The position numbers were made by a program, and so were the translations under genes. Positions 18,361 to 28,132 of a stretch of 64,000 nt of DNA are shown in pieces. The notes below the pieces were generated by a model that saw nothing but the letters and a program-made list of their open reading frames with translations, did no database searches and was not told the DNA's origin. The stretch is taken from assembly GCA_964486065.1 (NCBI GenBank), contig CAZAKN010000005.1, positions 60 through 64,059 of the forward strand, given 5' to 3'. Numbering within the stretch: the first letter of the stretch is position 1; each line of letters opens with the position of its first letter. The stretch is from an uncultured Gammaproteobacteria bacterium. GTDB taxonomy: Bacteria; Patescibacteriota; Patescibacteriia; UBA11705; JABHMO01.

Positions 18361-20925
18361 ATGGAAAAAAAATTAAAGCTTTCTTCTGAAGAAATTGTGG
18401 AGTCTTCCATTAGTGATAAATTTAAAAGCAGAGAAAATCCCACCGATCAATTTGATCAAAATTTTATTTTGAAGAAAAAACAAGAAAAAGGTGAAGATCT
18501 GGAAAAGAAAGTCAATCAAATGGCAAGTGGATCATATCAAGCGGAGCATGATGAAATGAAAAACGCTGAATTTGTAAACCTGCCGGCTTGTCAAACATTC
18601 ATGGAAAAGTTTTTCAAAGAATCCGATAAAAGAGGGATAGATACTTTAACCGGTTTATATAATCGTTTACAGCTTTTTGACAAAGGAATTGATTTAATTG
18701 AAAGAATTGAATCAGGGAAAGAAAAAGAAAAAAGTATCTCGGTTATCAGTTTGGATATAGATTTTTTTAAAGCATATAATGAAATATCCCATACTTTTGG
18801 TGATTTGGCTTTACAAACAGTGGGTGAAACAATCAATGATTTTAATCAAGAAAAAGGTGGGGGTTTCGGTGTCCGTTTGGGAGGAGAAGAAATTTTTCTT
18901 TTGGTTGAAGGGGGGATGACTTATGATGAAGCTTCCGAACATGCTGAAGAATTGAAAAATCGGGTAAAAGAATCTTTGCAAAAGCTATTTCGTAGCGTGG
19001 ATGAACATCAAGGCGTATCCGATAAAACCGTTAAATTCATGGAAGAAAAAATTCTTACCGAAGATAGAAACCAAAAAAGTTTTAACGAAGAAATGGCGGA
19101 AAAGCCTCACTATCAAAAATTCAAAAACGAATTGGTAGCTTTGATGGAGAATGAGAAATACTTAGGCCAAGTTCCCGGCTTTAATTTAAAGTCGTCTCCG
19201 GCGGAATTGGTTTTTTCAGTTAATCAGGCAATTGAAAGCGTGGAAAATCCGGAAGTGAAAAAAAATTTACAAAATATCAAAGATATACTGCAAATTGAAT
19301 TGGGCACGGTAACCGTGGGAATGGCTTATGTGGAGTTTCCCGAAGAAGCCGAATTATTGCCCGAACAAGAGAGACAAGAATACTTGGATCAATTAAATAA
19401 AATTTTGGAAAATTATCCGGATGTTTATAATTTGATAGTCGTAAAAACAAAAGACGCTTCAGTTAATGATTTTTCAAAAAGTGTTTATAAGCTTATAAAA
19501 GATATTTCTGAAGATATAGTAAAGGAAAAAGCGGTTGATTACATCAGAAAAATCAATTTTGCCAGATTCGGCACGATCGTGGATCAAGCCAATAAGCTTG
19601 AAGAAGATCAGAAAAAACAAAAACGAAATTCCGTATCGGCAAAGAAGTTTCATTTTGAACAATTGAAGTCGCGAGAAATAACGGATGAAAATATCGTGGA
19701 AAGCTATGAAGATGTTTTGGATAAGGTCCAAACACTATTGGCGCAAAGATTACAAACGGCAAAACAAAAGCAAGAACCGCTATTTAATGATAACTTGGCG
19801 GATAGTTTTTTGTCGGGATTGGAAGAGGGAGGAAAAAAATTTAGAGATGATTTTTATGAAGAATTGATAATTTTGCAAAAAGATAAATATATTGAACCTT
19901 TGACTTTGGCTAAAAATTATAATTATTTGGCACAAGTAGTCCCGGAAGAAATGGAAAAAGTCAGACAAGAAAAGCATGATTACGCCATGGTTTCTTTTGA
20001 TGTTGATAATTTAAAAGCGGTTAATGATACTTGGGGGCATAAATTGGGAGATGTGGTGTTGATGAATATCAGCGGGGTCATGCAGGAAGAAATGGAAAAA
20101 TTATTAAATCCTTCTGAAGGACAAGATGATCCTTATAACGGTTTGGGAGAAAAAATAAAAAAAACGGGGATTGAACCGTCTGTGATTCGCGCGACCGGAG
20201 GAGAAGAATTTGTGGCTACTTTTCCCGGTTTGTCCGGATCCGAGTCACGCTTTGTTTTCCAACAAATGAACGAGAAATTAAAAAAAGAAATTTTGAAAAT
20301 CGTGGATCAGCCCGCGGAAACAGCTTCTTTGACTGGTTCGGAAAAAGATAAAGGTATAGAAGGGAAAAAATATCAAACTTATAAAGAAGGGATACAAGAA
20401 TTTATCGCCGGTTTAGATCTAACTTTGGCGGATGGTGAAACCAAGGTGAAAAGAAGCCAAGAAGAAATGACTCAATTCGGTTCGGTTACCGCCGGGATCG
20501 TGGCGCTAAGCGACTTACACGAATTGAGCGATGAAGGTCATATTGAAGAAAGGAATTATTTGCGTGAAGACGGGAAAATTAACGCCGGTAAGATCAGACA
20601 ATTGGCTGATAATATAGGCGAAGAAGCTAAAAAAGATATTCATTACAAAACAGAAATTAATGAAAAGGGAGAGCGTGTTTTGGTAGGAGATTCCGGGCGT
20701 GGCACGGTGGAGGGAGTTGATTATTTTATGAAACAATCCTCTTTGCGGGCTTTGGAACAAAAAGTCAAAGAATTGGGACATGAAAACAAAATTTTGCTTT
20801 CGGAAAAAGAAAAATTAAGTGAAGAATTGCGAAAATTGCGAGCGCTTTTGAAAAACAGACAATATGAGGAAAAGCATGAAGAACAATTACAAAATATTCG
20901 CGGTAGAATAAAAGAAATCGGATAA
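18361..20925 (+). CDS. Soluble tandem double-GGDEF (diguanylate cyclase-like) protein with large insertions and C-terminal coiled coil
   Basis: DTLTGLYNR..LDIDFFKAYNE..HTFGD..RLGGEEI and FDVDNLKAVNDTWGHKLGD..TGGEEF. Confidence 0.8.
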   Translation: MEKKLKLSSEEIVESSISDKFKSRENPTDQFDQNFILKKKQEKGEDLEKKVNQMASGSYQAEHDEMKNAEFVNLPACQTFMEKFFKESDKRGIDTLTGLYNRLQLFDKGIDLIERIESGKEKEKSISVISLDIDFFKAYNEISHTFGDLALQTVGETINDFNQEKGGGFGVRLGGEEIFLLVEGGMTYDEASEHAEELKNRVKESLQKLFRSVDEHQGVSDKTVKFMEEKILTEDRNQKSFNEEMAEKPHYQKFKNELVALMENEKYLGQVPGFNLKSSPAELVFSVNQAIESVENPEVKKNLQNIKDILQIELGTVTVGMAYVEFPEEAELLPEQERQEYLDQLNKILENYPDVYNLIVVKTKDASVNDFSKSVYKLIKDISEDIVKEKAVDYIRKINFARFGTIVDQANKLEEDQKKQKRNSVSAKKFHFEQLKSREITDENIVESYEDVLDKVQTLLAQRLQTAKQKQEPLFNDNLADSFLSGLEEGGKKFRDDFYEELIILQKDKYIEPLTLAKNYNYLAQVVPEEMEKVRQEKHDYAMVSFDVDNLKAVNDTWGHKLGDVVLMNISGVMQEEMEKLLNPSEGQDDPYNGLGEKIKKTGIEPSVIRATGGEEFVATFPGLSGSESRFVFQQMNEKLKKEILKIVDQPAETASLTGSEKDKGIEGKKYQTYKEGIQEFIAGLDLTLADGETKVKRSQEEMTQFGSVTAGIVALSDLHELSDEGHIEERNYLREDGKINAGKIRQLADNIGEEAKKDIHYKTEINEKGERVLVGDSGRGTVEGVDYFMKQSSLRALEQKVKELGHENKILLSEKEKLSEELRKLRALLKNRQYEEKHEEQLQNIRGRIKEIG

Positions 20926-20927
20926 TT

Positions 20928-21284
20928 ATGTTAAAAAGAATCAATCGCATTGGCAAGCAAAAAGACTTTGATCAATTTTTCGGTCAAAGCTTTAAAAAAC
21001 ATCGCGGACGCAATGCATCTTCGCGTTTTGCCATTTTGAAAACATATTTGAACGGACGGGATTATCCTCGTGTCACTTTCATTATTTCCAATAAAATTGA
21101 TAAAAGAGCCACAGCCAGAAACGCTATGAAAAGACAGTTTCGAGAAATCGTGCGAAAAAATTTGCCCGATATTAAAGAAAATTGTGATATGCTGTTTATA
21201 GCCAAGCCAGCCGCGAAAACCGCTTCTGTTCAAGCATTGCGCGATGATTTGCTCGGGTTGATGAAAAAAGCGGGAATTATATGA
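20928..21284 (+). CDS. rnpA: Ribonuclease P protein component
   Basis: [33 protein letters not shown]; synteny. Confidence 0.9.
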   Translation: MLKRINRIGKQKDFDQFFGQSFKKHRGRNASSRFAILKTYLNGRDYPRVTFIISNKIDKRATARNAMKRQFREIVRKNLPDIKENCDMLFIAKPAAKTASVQALRDDLLGLMKKAGII

Positions 21285-21544
21285 TTTTGAAAACTGTACA
21301 AAATTATACGGCTTTGATTGCCATGAAAGTGATTCGTCTTTATCAAAAACATTTATCATTTGATCATAGTCCACTCGGGAAAATATTTTTTCCGCACGGA
21401 TATTGTCGTTATAATCCCAGTTGTTCGGAGTATACATATCAAGCCATAAAAAAATACGGATTTTTTAAGGGAGCGACAATGGGAGTTTGGCGTATATTGC
21501 GTTGCAATCCATGGAGTAAAGGAGGTAATGATCCGGTCAAATAA
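21281..21544 (+). CDS. yidD: Membrane protein insertion efficiency factor YidD
   Basis: [29 protein letters not shown]. Confidence 0.93.
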   Translation: MILKTVQNYTALIAMKVIRLYQKHLSFDHSPLGKIFFPHGYCRYNPSCSEYTYQAIKKYGFFKGATMGVWRILRCNPWSKGGNDPVK

Positions 21545-21635
21545 TTATTGATAGGAAGCCGGCATGAGCCGGTTTTTGAATTGAAAAAATGCCTTGATTA
21601 TGTTAAACTTTAACTAAATTTGGCAAAAGTAAAAT

Positions 21636-23057
21636 ATGTCGCTTTTAAGGAAAATAGCTCATAATTCAATTATTCATTTGGCGGGAAAATTCGCTGTACT
21701 TTTGATCGGTCTCATGGCCGTTTTTATGATTACCAGATATTTGGGGCAAGAAGGGTTCGGCGCGTATACTACGGTTTTTGCATATTTGTTGTTTTTATCA
21801 ACTTTGGTTGATTTTGGTTTGACCATGGCCACCGTGCAATTGATTTCCAGACCCAGAGTTGACGAAAGTCGCATGATGAACAATATTATGAGTTTTCGCG
21901 TTTTACTGTCCGGAATATACATGATTTTGGCTTGTTCATTAATTTGGGTTTTACCTTATGGCAGGGAAGTTCAATGGGGAGCGGTGATTATGAGTTTTTC
22001 TTTTTTTGCCGTGACCATTCGCCAAGCTTTGACGGGAATTTTCCAAAAACATTTGCAAATGATCAAGATTACTATCGCCGAAGTTGCCGGTAAAGTCGTT
22101 ATGCTTGGTTTGGTGGCGCTTATCATTTATTTTGAAAAAAGCATTTATCATATTTTCGCGGTTTTTTCTTTGGAAGGTTTGGTAACGATTATTTTGGCTT
22201 TTTATTTTGCCGGTGAATTCGTGGATTGGCGTTGGCGTTTGGAGCCGGAAGTTTGGAAACAAATAATAAAGAAATCATGGCCCATCGCTCTGGCGATTTC
22301 TTTTAATTTGATTTATTTGAAAATGGACACTTTGATTTTATCTTTGTATCACGATAAGTCGACGGTGGGATTGTACGGAGCAACTTATCGGGTGATTGAT
22401 GTTTTAACCATGTTACCAGCGGTTTTTATGGGAGTGGTTTTGCCGCAAATTACAAAATTTTTTGAAGCCGGAAAAAAAAGGAATTTGTTTGATCTTATGC
22501 AAAAAGCCTTTGACGCATTAATGATTTTCGGCATCCCGACCGTGGTCGGAGGTTTGATAGTGGCCAATCCGCTAATGGTTTTCGTGGCGGGACAAGAGTT
22601 TTATTTATCAGGTGATATTTTACGAGTTTTATTACTCGCTTCAGCCGGGATTTTCGGAACCAGTTTGTTCGGTTATGCCGTGGTCGGGATTGATAAACAG
22701 CGTCGGATGGTTTGGGGTTATGCTATTACGGCAGTGATCACTTTGGTCGGTTATTTGTATTTTATTCCTCGCTTCGGCTATTGGGGCGCTGCTTGGATGA
22801 CGGTTTTTTCCGAAACTATGATTGTGATTTGGAGTGCAATTTTGGTTTATGTTTCAATTCGTTTTTTCCCGTCATTAAAGATTTTCGTTAAAGCCGTGCC
22901 GGCGGCTGCGATTATGGGATTTGTCGCTTGGCGGATTATTGATTGGCCGGTGGTGGCTATTTTGTGTGTTTCAGTGGTTATATATTTTTCGTTTTTATAC
23001 TTATTCGGAGGGATAAGAAAGGAAATCTTGAGACAGCTTGTGAGTCTCAAGGATTAA
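21636..23057 (+). CDS. Wzx-like polysaccharide flippase (MOP superfamily)
   Basis: 12-14 TM; RYLGQEGFGAY, DFGL, VGLYGA.YR, GYWGAAW. Confidence 0.88.
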   Translation: MSLLRKIAHNSIIHLAGKFAVLLIGLMAVFMITRYLGQEGFGAYTTVFAYLLFLSTLVDFGLTMATVQLISRPRVDESRMMNNIMSFRVLLSGIYMILACSLIWVLPYGREVQWGAVIMSFSFFAVTIRQALTGIFQKHLQMIKITIAEVAGKVVMLGLVALIIYFEKSIYHIFAVFSLEGLVTIILAFYFAGEFVDWRWRLEPEVWKQIIKKSWPIALAISFNLIYLKMDTLILSLYHDKSTVGLYGATYRVIDVLTMLPAVFMGVVLPQITKFFEAGKKRNLFDLMQKAFDALMIFGIPTVVGGLIVANPLMVFVAGQEFYLSGDILRVLLLASAGIFGTSLFGYAVVGIDKQRRMVWGYAITAVITLVGYLYFIPRFGYWGAAWMTVFSETMIVIWSAILVYVSIRFFPSLKIFVKAVPAAAIMGFVAWRIIDWPVVAILCVSVVIYFSFLYLFGGIRKEILRQLVSLKD

Positions 23058-23064
23058 TTTGTTT

Positions 23065-24222
23065 ATGTTGCCGAAAAGCAAAATATTGATTACCAAGTTT
23101 CCCTTGTATTCCAGTTTGGGTGGTGTGGAAAAACATACTTTCCAATTGGTTGATGCGCTTAAGGATCAAGGTTGTCAATTTGGACTTTTGTCTTCTTGCC
23201 ATGTGATGTTGTCTGAATTTAAAAAGCGCGGATGGTGGGCGAAAAGATGGTGGCTCGGTTTGGCGCCGGTCAATAAGTGGACCAAGTTTTTGTTTTTTTT
23301 AGGCATGCCGTTTTTTACCATAAGTTCTTTTTTCATGCTTTGGTATTTGAAAAGAAAATATGGTTTCAATAAACTTTATTGTCTTAGCATTACTGAAAAA
23401 TTAATTATGACGCCTCTGGCGTGTTTGTTCGGATATAAGGTTTTCTGGCTGGAACATTTATCAGTTGATCCGGTGATTACGGCCAATATTTACAGTCCGA
23501 TTTATCGCGCTTGGGCCAAGCTCAAATGCGTGGAGCTTATCGCGATTTCCAATTTTGTAAAATGGGAATTGGCCAATATCGGGATTTATAAAACTAAAGT
23601 GATTTATCATGGTATTGATGCCGGACTTTTCAAAAAACAAGAAAATATTTTTTCCAGCATGGCCAACCGCAGGTTTCAATTTGATAAAAAATCCACTTTT
23701 CGCGTGGGTACGGTTAGTCGTTTGGAAAAAATCAAAGGCTTGGAATATTTGATTCGCGCCATGGCGCATTTAAAAGAAAATGAGGCCAATATTGATTTGG
23801 TTATCGTGGGAGAAGGTTCCGAGCGACAAAAATTACAATGGCTTATTGATCAGCTGGATTTGAGGCGAGAAGTTAAGTTGGTCGGCTATCAAGACAATTT
23901 TTTGGATTGGATTTATGATTTTGATATTTTTGTTTTACCTTCAATAAAAGAATCATTGGGAATTGTGCTTTTGGAAGCCATGGCTTGCGGTAAACCGGTG
24001 GTGGCCACCAATGTCGGTGGTGTTCCGGAAATAGTGGAACATGGAAAAGATGGAATCCTGGTACAGGTCGCCAGTCCCGCGACTTTGGCTGAGGGGATTG
24101 AAGAGTTAAAAAATAATAAGGATAAATGGCGCGATCTTGTTTCCGCTGGTCGTAAAACCGTTGAGCAGAAGTTTACTTTTGATAAAATGATCGCCGAATA
24201 TAAAAAAGAATTGATTTCTTAA
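23065..24222 (+). CDS. GT4 family glycosyltransferase
   Basis: GGVEKH; SRLEKIKG; ESLGIVLLEAMACGKPVV. Confidence 0.92.
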   Translation: MLPKSKILITKFPLYSSLGGVEKHTFQLVDALKDQGCQFGLLSSCHVMLSEFKKRGWWAKRWWLGLAPVNKWTKFLFFLGMPFFTISSFFMLWYLKRKYGFNKLYCLSITEKLIMTPLACLFGYKVFWLEHLSVDPVITANIYSPIYRAWAKLKCVELIAISNFVKWELANIGIYKTKVIYHGIDAGLFKKQENIFSSMANRRFQFDKKSTFRVGTVSRLEKIKGLEYLIRAMAHLKENEANIDLVIVGEGSERQKLQWLIDQLDLRREVKLVGYQDNFLDWIYDFDIFVLPSIKESLGIVLLEAMACGKPVVATNVGGVPEIVEHGKDGILVQVASPATLAEGIEELKNNKDKWRDLVSAGRKTVEQKFTFDKMIAEYKKELIS

Positions 24223-24223
24223 C

Positions 24224-25579
24224 ATGAATATTTTACTTGTTTTATTTTCTTTTACTTACGCGCTTCTTGCTTGGCGCAAAATGAATTGGGCATTGGTTAT
24301 TTTAATAGCTTTTTTGCCGACATATTTGATCAGGTTTCAGGTTTTCGGTGTGCCCATGACTTTTTTGGAACTGATGATTTTGGTAGTTTTTTCGGTTTGG
24401 TTGTGTAAAAGCATAATAAATAAAGAATGGAAACAAATTATTTACAGTCAATATAAATGGCTGATAGTTTTTTTTGTTTTATCCGCCGTGGCGGGAGTTT
24501 ACGCTTCGCCCGATAAGCTGGCCGCATTGGGTATTTTCAAAGCTTATTTCGTGGAGCCGGTATTGTTGTTCATTGTCGTAATCAATCAAATAAAGAACCA
24601 AAATAATTTTTTCAATTTAATCAATGGTTTGGGTTGGGGGTCTTTACTGGTGGCGTTGCCGGCGATTATTCAAAAATTTACCGGTTGGGGTATAATCAAT
24701 CCTTTTTGGTTGGCAGAAGAAACCAGGCGGGTTACTTCATGGTATGGTTTTCCGAATGCGATAGGTTTGTTTTTGGGGCCATTGTCAGTTTTGTTTTTCG
24801 GGTTGATTCTTTATTCTTTTTTGGCAAAAATTAATTTTTCCGTTTGGCGAAAATTGTTTTATGCTTTAGTTTTTTTACTTAATTGTTCAGCCATATATTT
24901 TGCTGGTTCGGAAGGTGCTTTGCTCGCGGTGGTAGCTTCTTGTATAATGTTATTGTTTTGTTGGCCACAGCGGAAAATTAAGTTGGTGGCATTGCTGGTG
25001 GTGCTTTTGCTGGGTGGCACATTAAGTTTAAACTCCGATTTGCGTGAAAACTTTCGGGACAAGGTGACTTTGCAAGATTTATCAGGTCAAATCCGTTTGC
25101 AAATGTGGTCGGAAACTTGGCAAATGCTCAATCAAAATAAATTGCTTCAAGGGGCAGGTTTGTCAGGCTATCAAGAGGCGGTCGCGCCATATCATCAAGA
25201 AGGAATTTTTTTCAATAAACACAAGGATCCGGATTTCCATCGTAAAACCGTATTTAACGCCGAATATCGTCAAGAGGTATGGCAACCGGTGGAAATTTAC
25301 ATGTACCCGCATAACATTTTTTTAAATTTTTGGACGGAAATCGGATTGGCGGGATTGTTGGTTTTTGTGTTTATTGTCGGACGATTCTTCTTGTTGTATT
25401 TTAAAATACCCGTGGAGCGTAAAACCATATATTTGATATTATTGGCGATGATGGTGGAAATATTTATCCACGGCTTGGTGGATGTGCCGTATTTTAAAAA
25501 TGATTTAAGTGTTTTATTTTGGTTGTTAATTGCTTTGTCGGTTATTGTCAGCAGAAAAAAATTCGCATTGAAAAAATAA
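24224..25579 (+). CDS. O-antigen ligase/Wzy_C family membrane protein
   Basis: Multi-TM; RVTSWYGFPN, RLQMW, YPHNIFLNFWTEIG, HGLVD. Confidence 0.85.
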   Translation: MNILLVLFSFTYALLAWRKMNWALVILIAFLPTYLIRFQVFGVPMTFLELMILVVFSVWLCKSIINKEWKQIIYSQYKWLIVFFVLSAVAGVYASPDKLAALGIFKAYFVEPVLLFIVVINQIKNQNNFFNLINGLGWGSLLVALPAIIQKFTGWGIINPFWLAEETRRVTSWYGFPNAIGLFLGPLSVLFFGLILYSFLAKINFSVWRKLFYALVFLLNCSAIYFAGSEGALLAVVASCIMLLFCWPQRKIKLVALLVVLLLGGTLSLNSDLRENFRDKVTLQDLSGQIRLQMWSETWQMLNQNKLLQGAGLSGYQEAVAPYHQEGIFFNKHKDPDFHRKTVFNAEYRQEVWQPVEIYMYPHNIFLNFWTEIGLAGLLVFVFIVGRFFLLYFKIPVERKTIYLILLAMMVEIFIHGLVDVPYFKNDLSVLFWLLIALSVIVSRKKFALKK

Positions 25580-25594
25580 GAATAATATATCAAT

Positions 25595-26164
25595 ATGAGA
25601 AAAGGTTTAAAATTTTTACTGCACATGGATGCGTGGGCCACTTTGGCGATGGGCATGTTGGGTCCGATTTACGCGATTTTCGTGGAAGAGATCGGGGGAG
25701 ATATTTTGGATGCCAGTTGGGCTTATTTTGCGTTTATGTTGACTACCGGCGTGGCGATGTTTTTCGTGGGGCGTTGGGAAGACAAAGTGAAACACAAGGA
25801 AAAATTGATTACTTTGGGTTACGCTTTGAGCGCTCTTGGTGCGTTGGCCTATTTTTTCGTTAATTCCCAATTTGATTTGGTGATAACGCAAATTATCGTC
25901 GGCTTGTCGGAAGCTGTATTGATTCCCGCTTATGGAGCCATGTATACAGAGTTTATTGACCGAAACAGAGCCGCTTCGGAATGGGCGGATTGGGACGCCA
26001 TGCGTTACTCGGTTACCGCTTTCGCCGCTTTGTTGGGCGGATATTTAGCCAGTAATTTTGGATTTCGCACTTTGTTTTTGTTTATGTTCGTCGCTTCCAT
26101 GATCAGTGTGATTTCCTCACGCACCCTATATGTAAAGAAAAAAGATTTGCGTAGCTTTGATTGA
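25595..26164 (+). CDS. Half-size (about 6 TM) MFS-family protein
   Basis: 189 aa, MFS motif-A-like GRWEDK, six hydrophobic segments. Confidence 0.7.
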   Translation: MRKGLKFLLHMDAWATLAMGMLGPIYAIFVEEIGGDILDASWAYFAFMLTTGVAMFFVGRWEDKVKHKEKLITLGYALSALGALAYFFVNSQFDLVITQIIVGLSEAVLIPAYGAMYTEFIDRNRAASEWADWDAMRYSVTAFAALLGGYLASNFGFRTLFLFMFVASMISVISSRTLYVKKKDLRSFD

Positions 26165-26219
26165 ATTTTAGTTTTTAAGCGGTTCTGACAAGAGCCGCTT
26201 TATATTTTGAAGAATAAAT

Positions 26220-27380
26220 ATGATCAAACAAGTACAAAAATTTTACTTGGCTTCTTTCCTTAAAAACCAAACATATTTCGTACCGATCATGATCGTTTTT
26301 TTCCAGGATTTGGGTCTCAGCTATTCGGAAATTTTTTGGATATATACCATTGGTTCGGGATTTTCATTTTTAATTGAAATTCCCACGGGATTGATAGCGG
26401 ATATTTTCGGAAAAAGAAAAAGCGTGATTGTTTCGCGTTTTTTTATTTTTCTAAGTTTCATGGTTTTCGGTTTTGCTTCGGGCTTTTGGAGTTTGGTTTT
26501 GGCCAATGTTTTGTATGAGTTTGGCAAAAGTTTTCGTTCCGGCACGGAAACCGCTTATGTTTTTGATTGTTTAAAACAAAATAAAGACGCACCCGGTTAT
26601 ACTTATGTTAAAGCAAATCAAAAATTCTATGCCCGACTGTCAGAGGCTATCGCCACGGCTATCGGCGGATTTTTAGCGGTTAATTTCGGTTTTAACTTTG
26701 TTTTTTTCATTGCCTCTGTCCCGGCGCTGGTTAATTTTTTACAAACTTTAACTTGGCGTAAAATCAAGGAAAATGAAGAAAAGTATCAATTTAAACAAAG
26801 CGCGATTTTTGCTTGGAATTCTTTGAAATCCGTTTTTCAAAACAAAATTCTGTCCAAAATAGTATTTAATATTTTGATATTCAGTTCCACTTTGTTTGCC
26901 GCGGACAAATTTATCCAGCCGTACATGCAAGCAGTGGGGATTGAGATCGCGTATTTTGGTTTGATTTATTCGGTTTCATTATTATTGATCGCTTTTTTCA
27001 TTAAATATATTTCAAAATTGGAAGAAAAATTTTCCGGAGAAAAAGTAATGAACTATATCACCGTGATAGCGATTATTCCTTTATTGATTTTGGCTACAGG
27101 TTATCAAGGTGTCCTCGGAGTGGCTCTATTTTTTGCTTTGTTGGTCGCGGAAAATGTTCGTTCTCCCATCGCCAATACGGTTTTCCATGGAAATATTGAT
27201 TCCAAAAATCGTGCTACCATGGGTTCCATTTTGGAGCTGATGAGAACAAGTGGTAAATTGATAGTTTTACCTTTGGCCGGTTATTTTACTGACACCTATT
27301 CCATGAACATAACATTGATGATTTTTGCCGGCTTGGTAATTTTGAACACATTATTTTTTCGCGCGAAAAAAGTCAAATAG
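26220..27380 (+). CDS. MFS transporter
   Basis: EIPTGLIADIFGKRKS; about 12 TM. Confidence 0.88.
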   Translation: MIKQVQKFYLASFLKNQTYFVPIMIVFFQDLGLSYSEIFWIYTIGSGFSFLIEIPTGLIADIFGKRKSVIVSRFFIFLSFMVFGFASGFWSLVLANVLYEFGKSFRSGTETAYVFDCLKQNKDAPGYTYVKANQKFYARLSEAIATAIGGFLAVNFGFNFVFFIASVPALVNFLQTLTWRKIKENEEKYQFKQSAIFAWNSLKSVFQNKILSKIVFNILIFSSTLFAADKFIQPYMQAVGIEIAYFGLIYSVSLLLIAFFIKYISKLEEKFSGEKVMNYITVIAIIPLLILATGYQGVLGVALFFALLVAENVRSPIANTVFHGNIDSKNRATMGSILELMRTSGKLIVLPLAGYFTDTYSMNITLMIFAGLVILNTLFFRAKKVK

Positions 27381-27426
27381 ATTATTGCGTCAAATAAAAA
27401 AGCGGTTCTTGCAAGAACCGTTTTTA

Positions 27427-28041
27427 TTATCTGGTGCAGTTGATGACTGCACACATTTTTTCTACCACTTGCTCCAATGTTAAACCTGAAGAATCTATCA
27501 AGATGGCGTCCGTGGCTTGTTTGAGCGGTGAGATTTTTCTGGTTTTGTCCGTGAGGTCTCGCTCGGTCAAAGTTTTTCGCACTTGTTCCAAAGTAATATT
27601 TTGTTTATTTTTTACATCATGAAATCTTCTTTTAGCTCGAGTTTCCGGATCCGCGGTCAGAAAAAACTTAAATTCCGCTTGAGGAAAAATAACAGTGCCT
27701 ATATCGCGACCTTCCATGACAATATTTTGTTTATTAGCGATTTGTTTTTGCGCGCGTTCCACCACTTGGCGCAGTTCGGGAATCATACTGTAGTCTGCCA
27801 CGGCTTGATTTACTTGTTTACTGAATAATCCTGTTTGCGGAATGTTTTCAAAATCAACGGTTTTGGCTAAGGCGACGGCTTGTGAAACATCTTCCGGTTT
27901 TACTTTGTTTTGCAAACACAAATAAGCGATACGACGATAAAAATTGCCGGTATTAACATGAACAAAATTCAGTTTTTCGGCTAATTTGGCGGCGGTACTG
28001 CTTTTGCCCGCGGCCGAAGGACCGTCAATGGCGACTATCAT
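27427..28041 (-). CDS. cmk: Cytidylate kinase
   Basis: IAIDGPSAAGKS-type P-loop, VMEGRDIGTVIFP, RAKRR. Confidence 0.95.
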   Translation of the reverse strand: MIVAIDGPSAAGKSSTAAKLAEKLNFVHVNTGNFYRRIAYLCLQNKVKPEDVSQAVALAKTVDFENIPQTGLFSKQVNQAVADYSMIPELRQVVERAQKQIANKQNIVMEGRDIGTVIFPQAEFKFFLTADPETRAKRRFHDVKNKQNITLEQVRKTLTERDLTDKTRKISPLKQATDAILIDSSGLTLEQVVEKMCAVINCTR

Positions 28042-28132
28042 GATAAGGAGTTATTTCAGGGCTATTTTAACAAATTTTGCACTTAACGACAAACATTGGG
28101 TAATTTTGAAATTTAGTGTAAGATAATAATGT

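Noticed and set aside
27880-27890. parS site
   Set aside because: Only a half site (GTGAAACA) inside cmk; no 16-bp palindrome seen.
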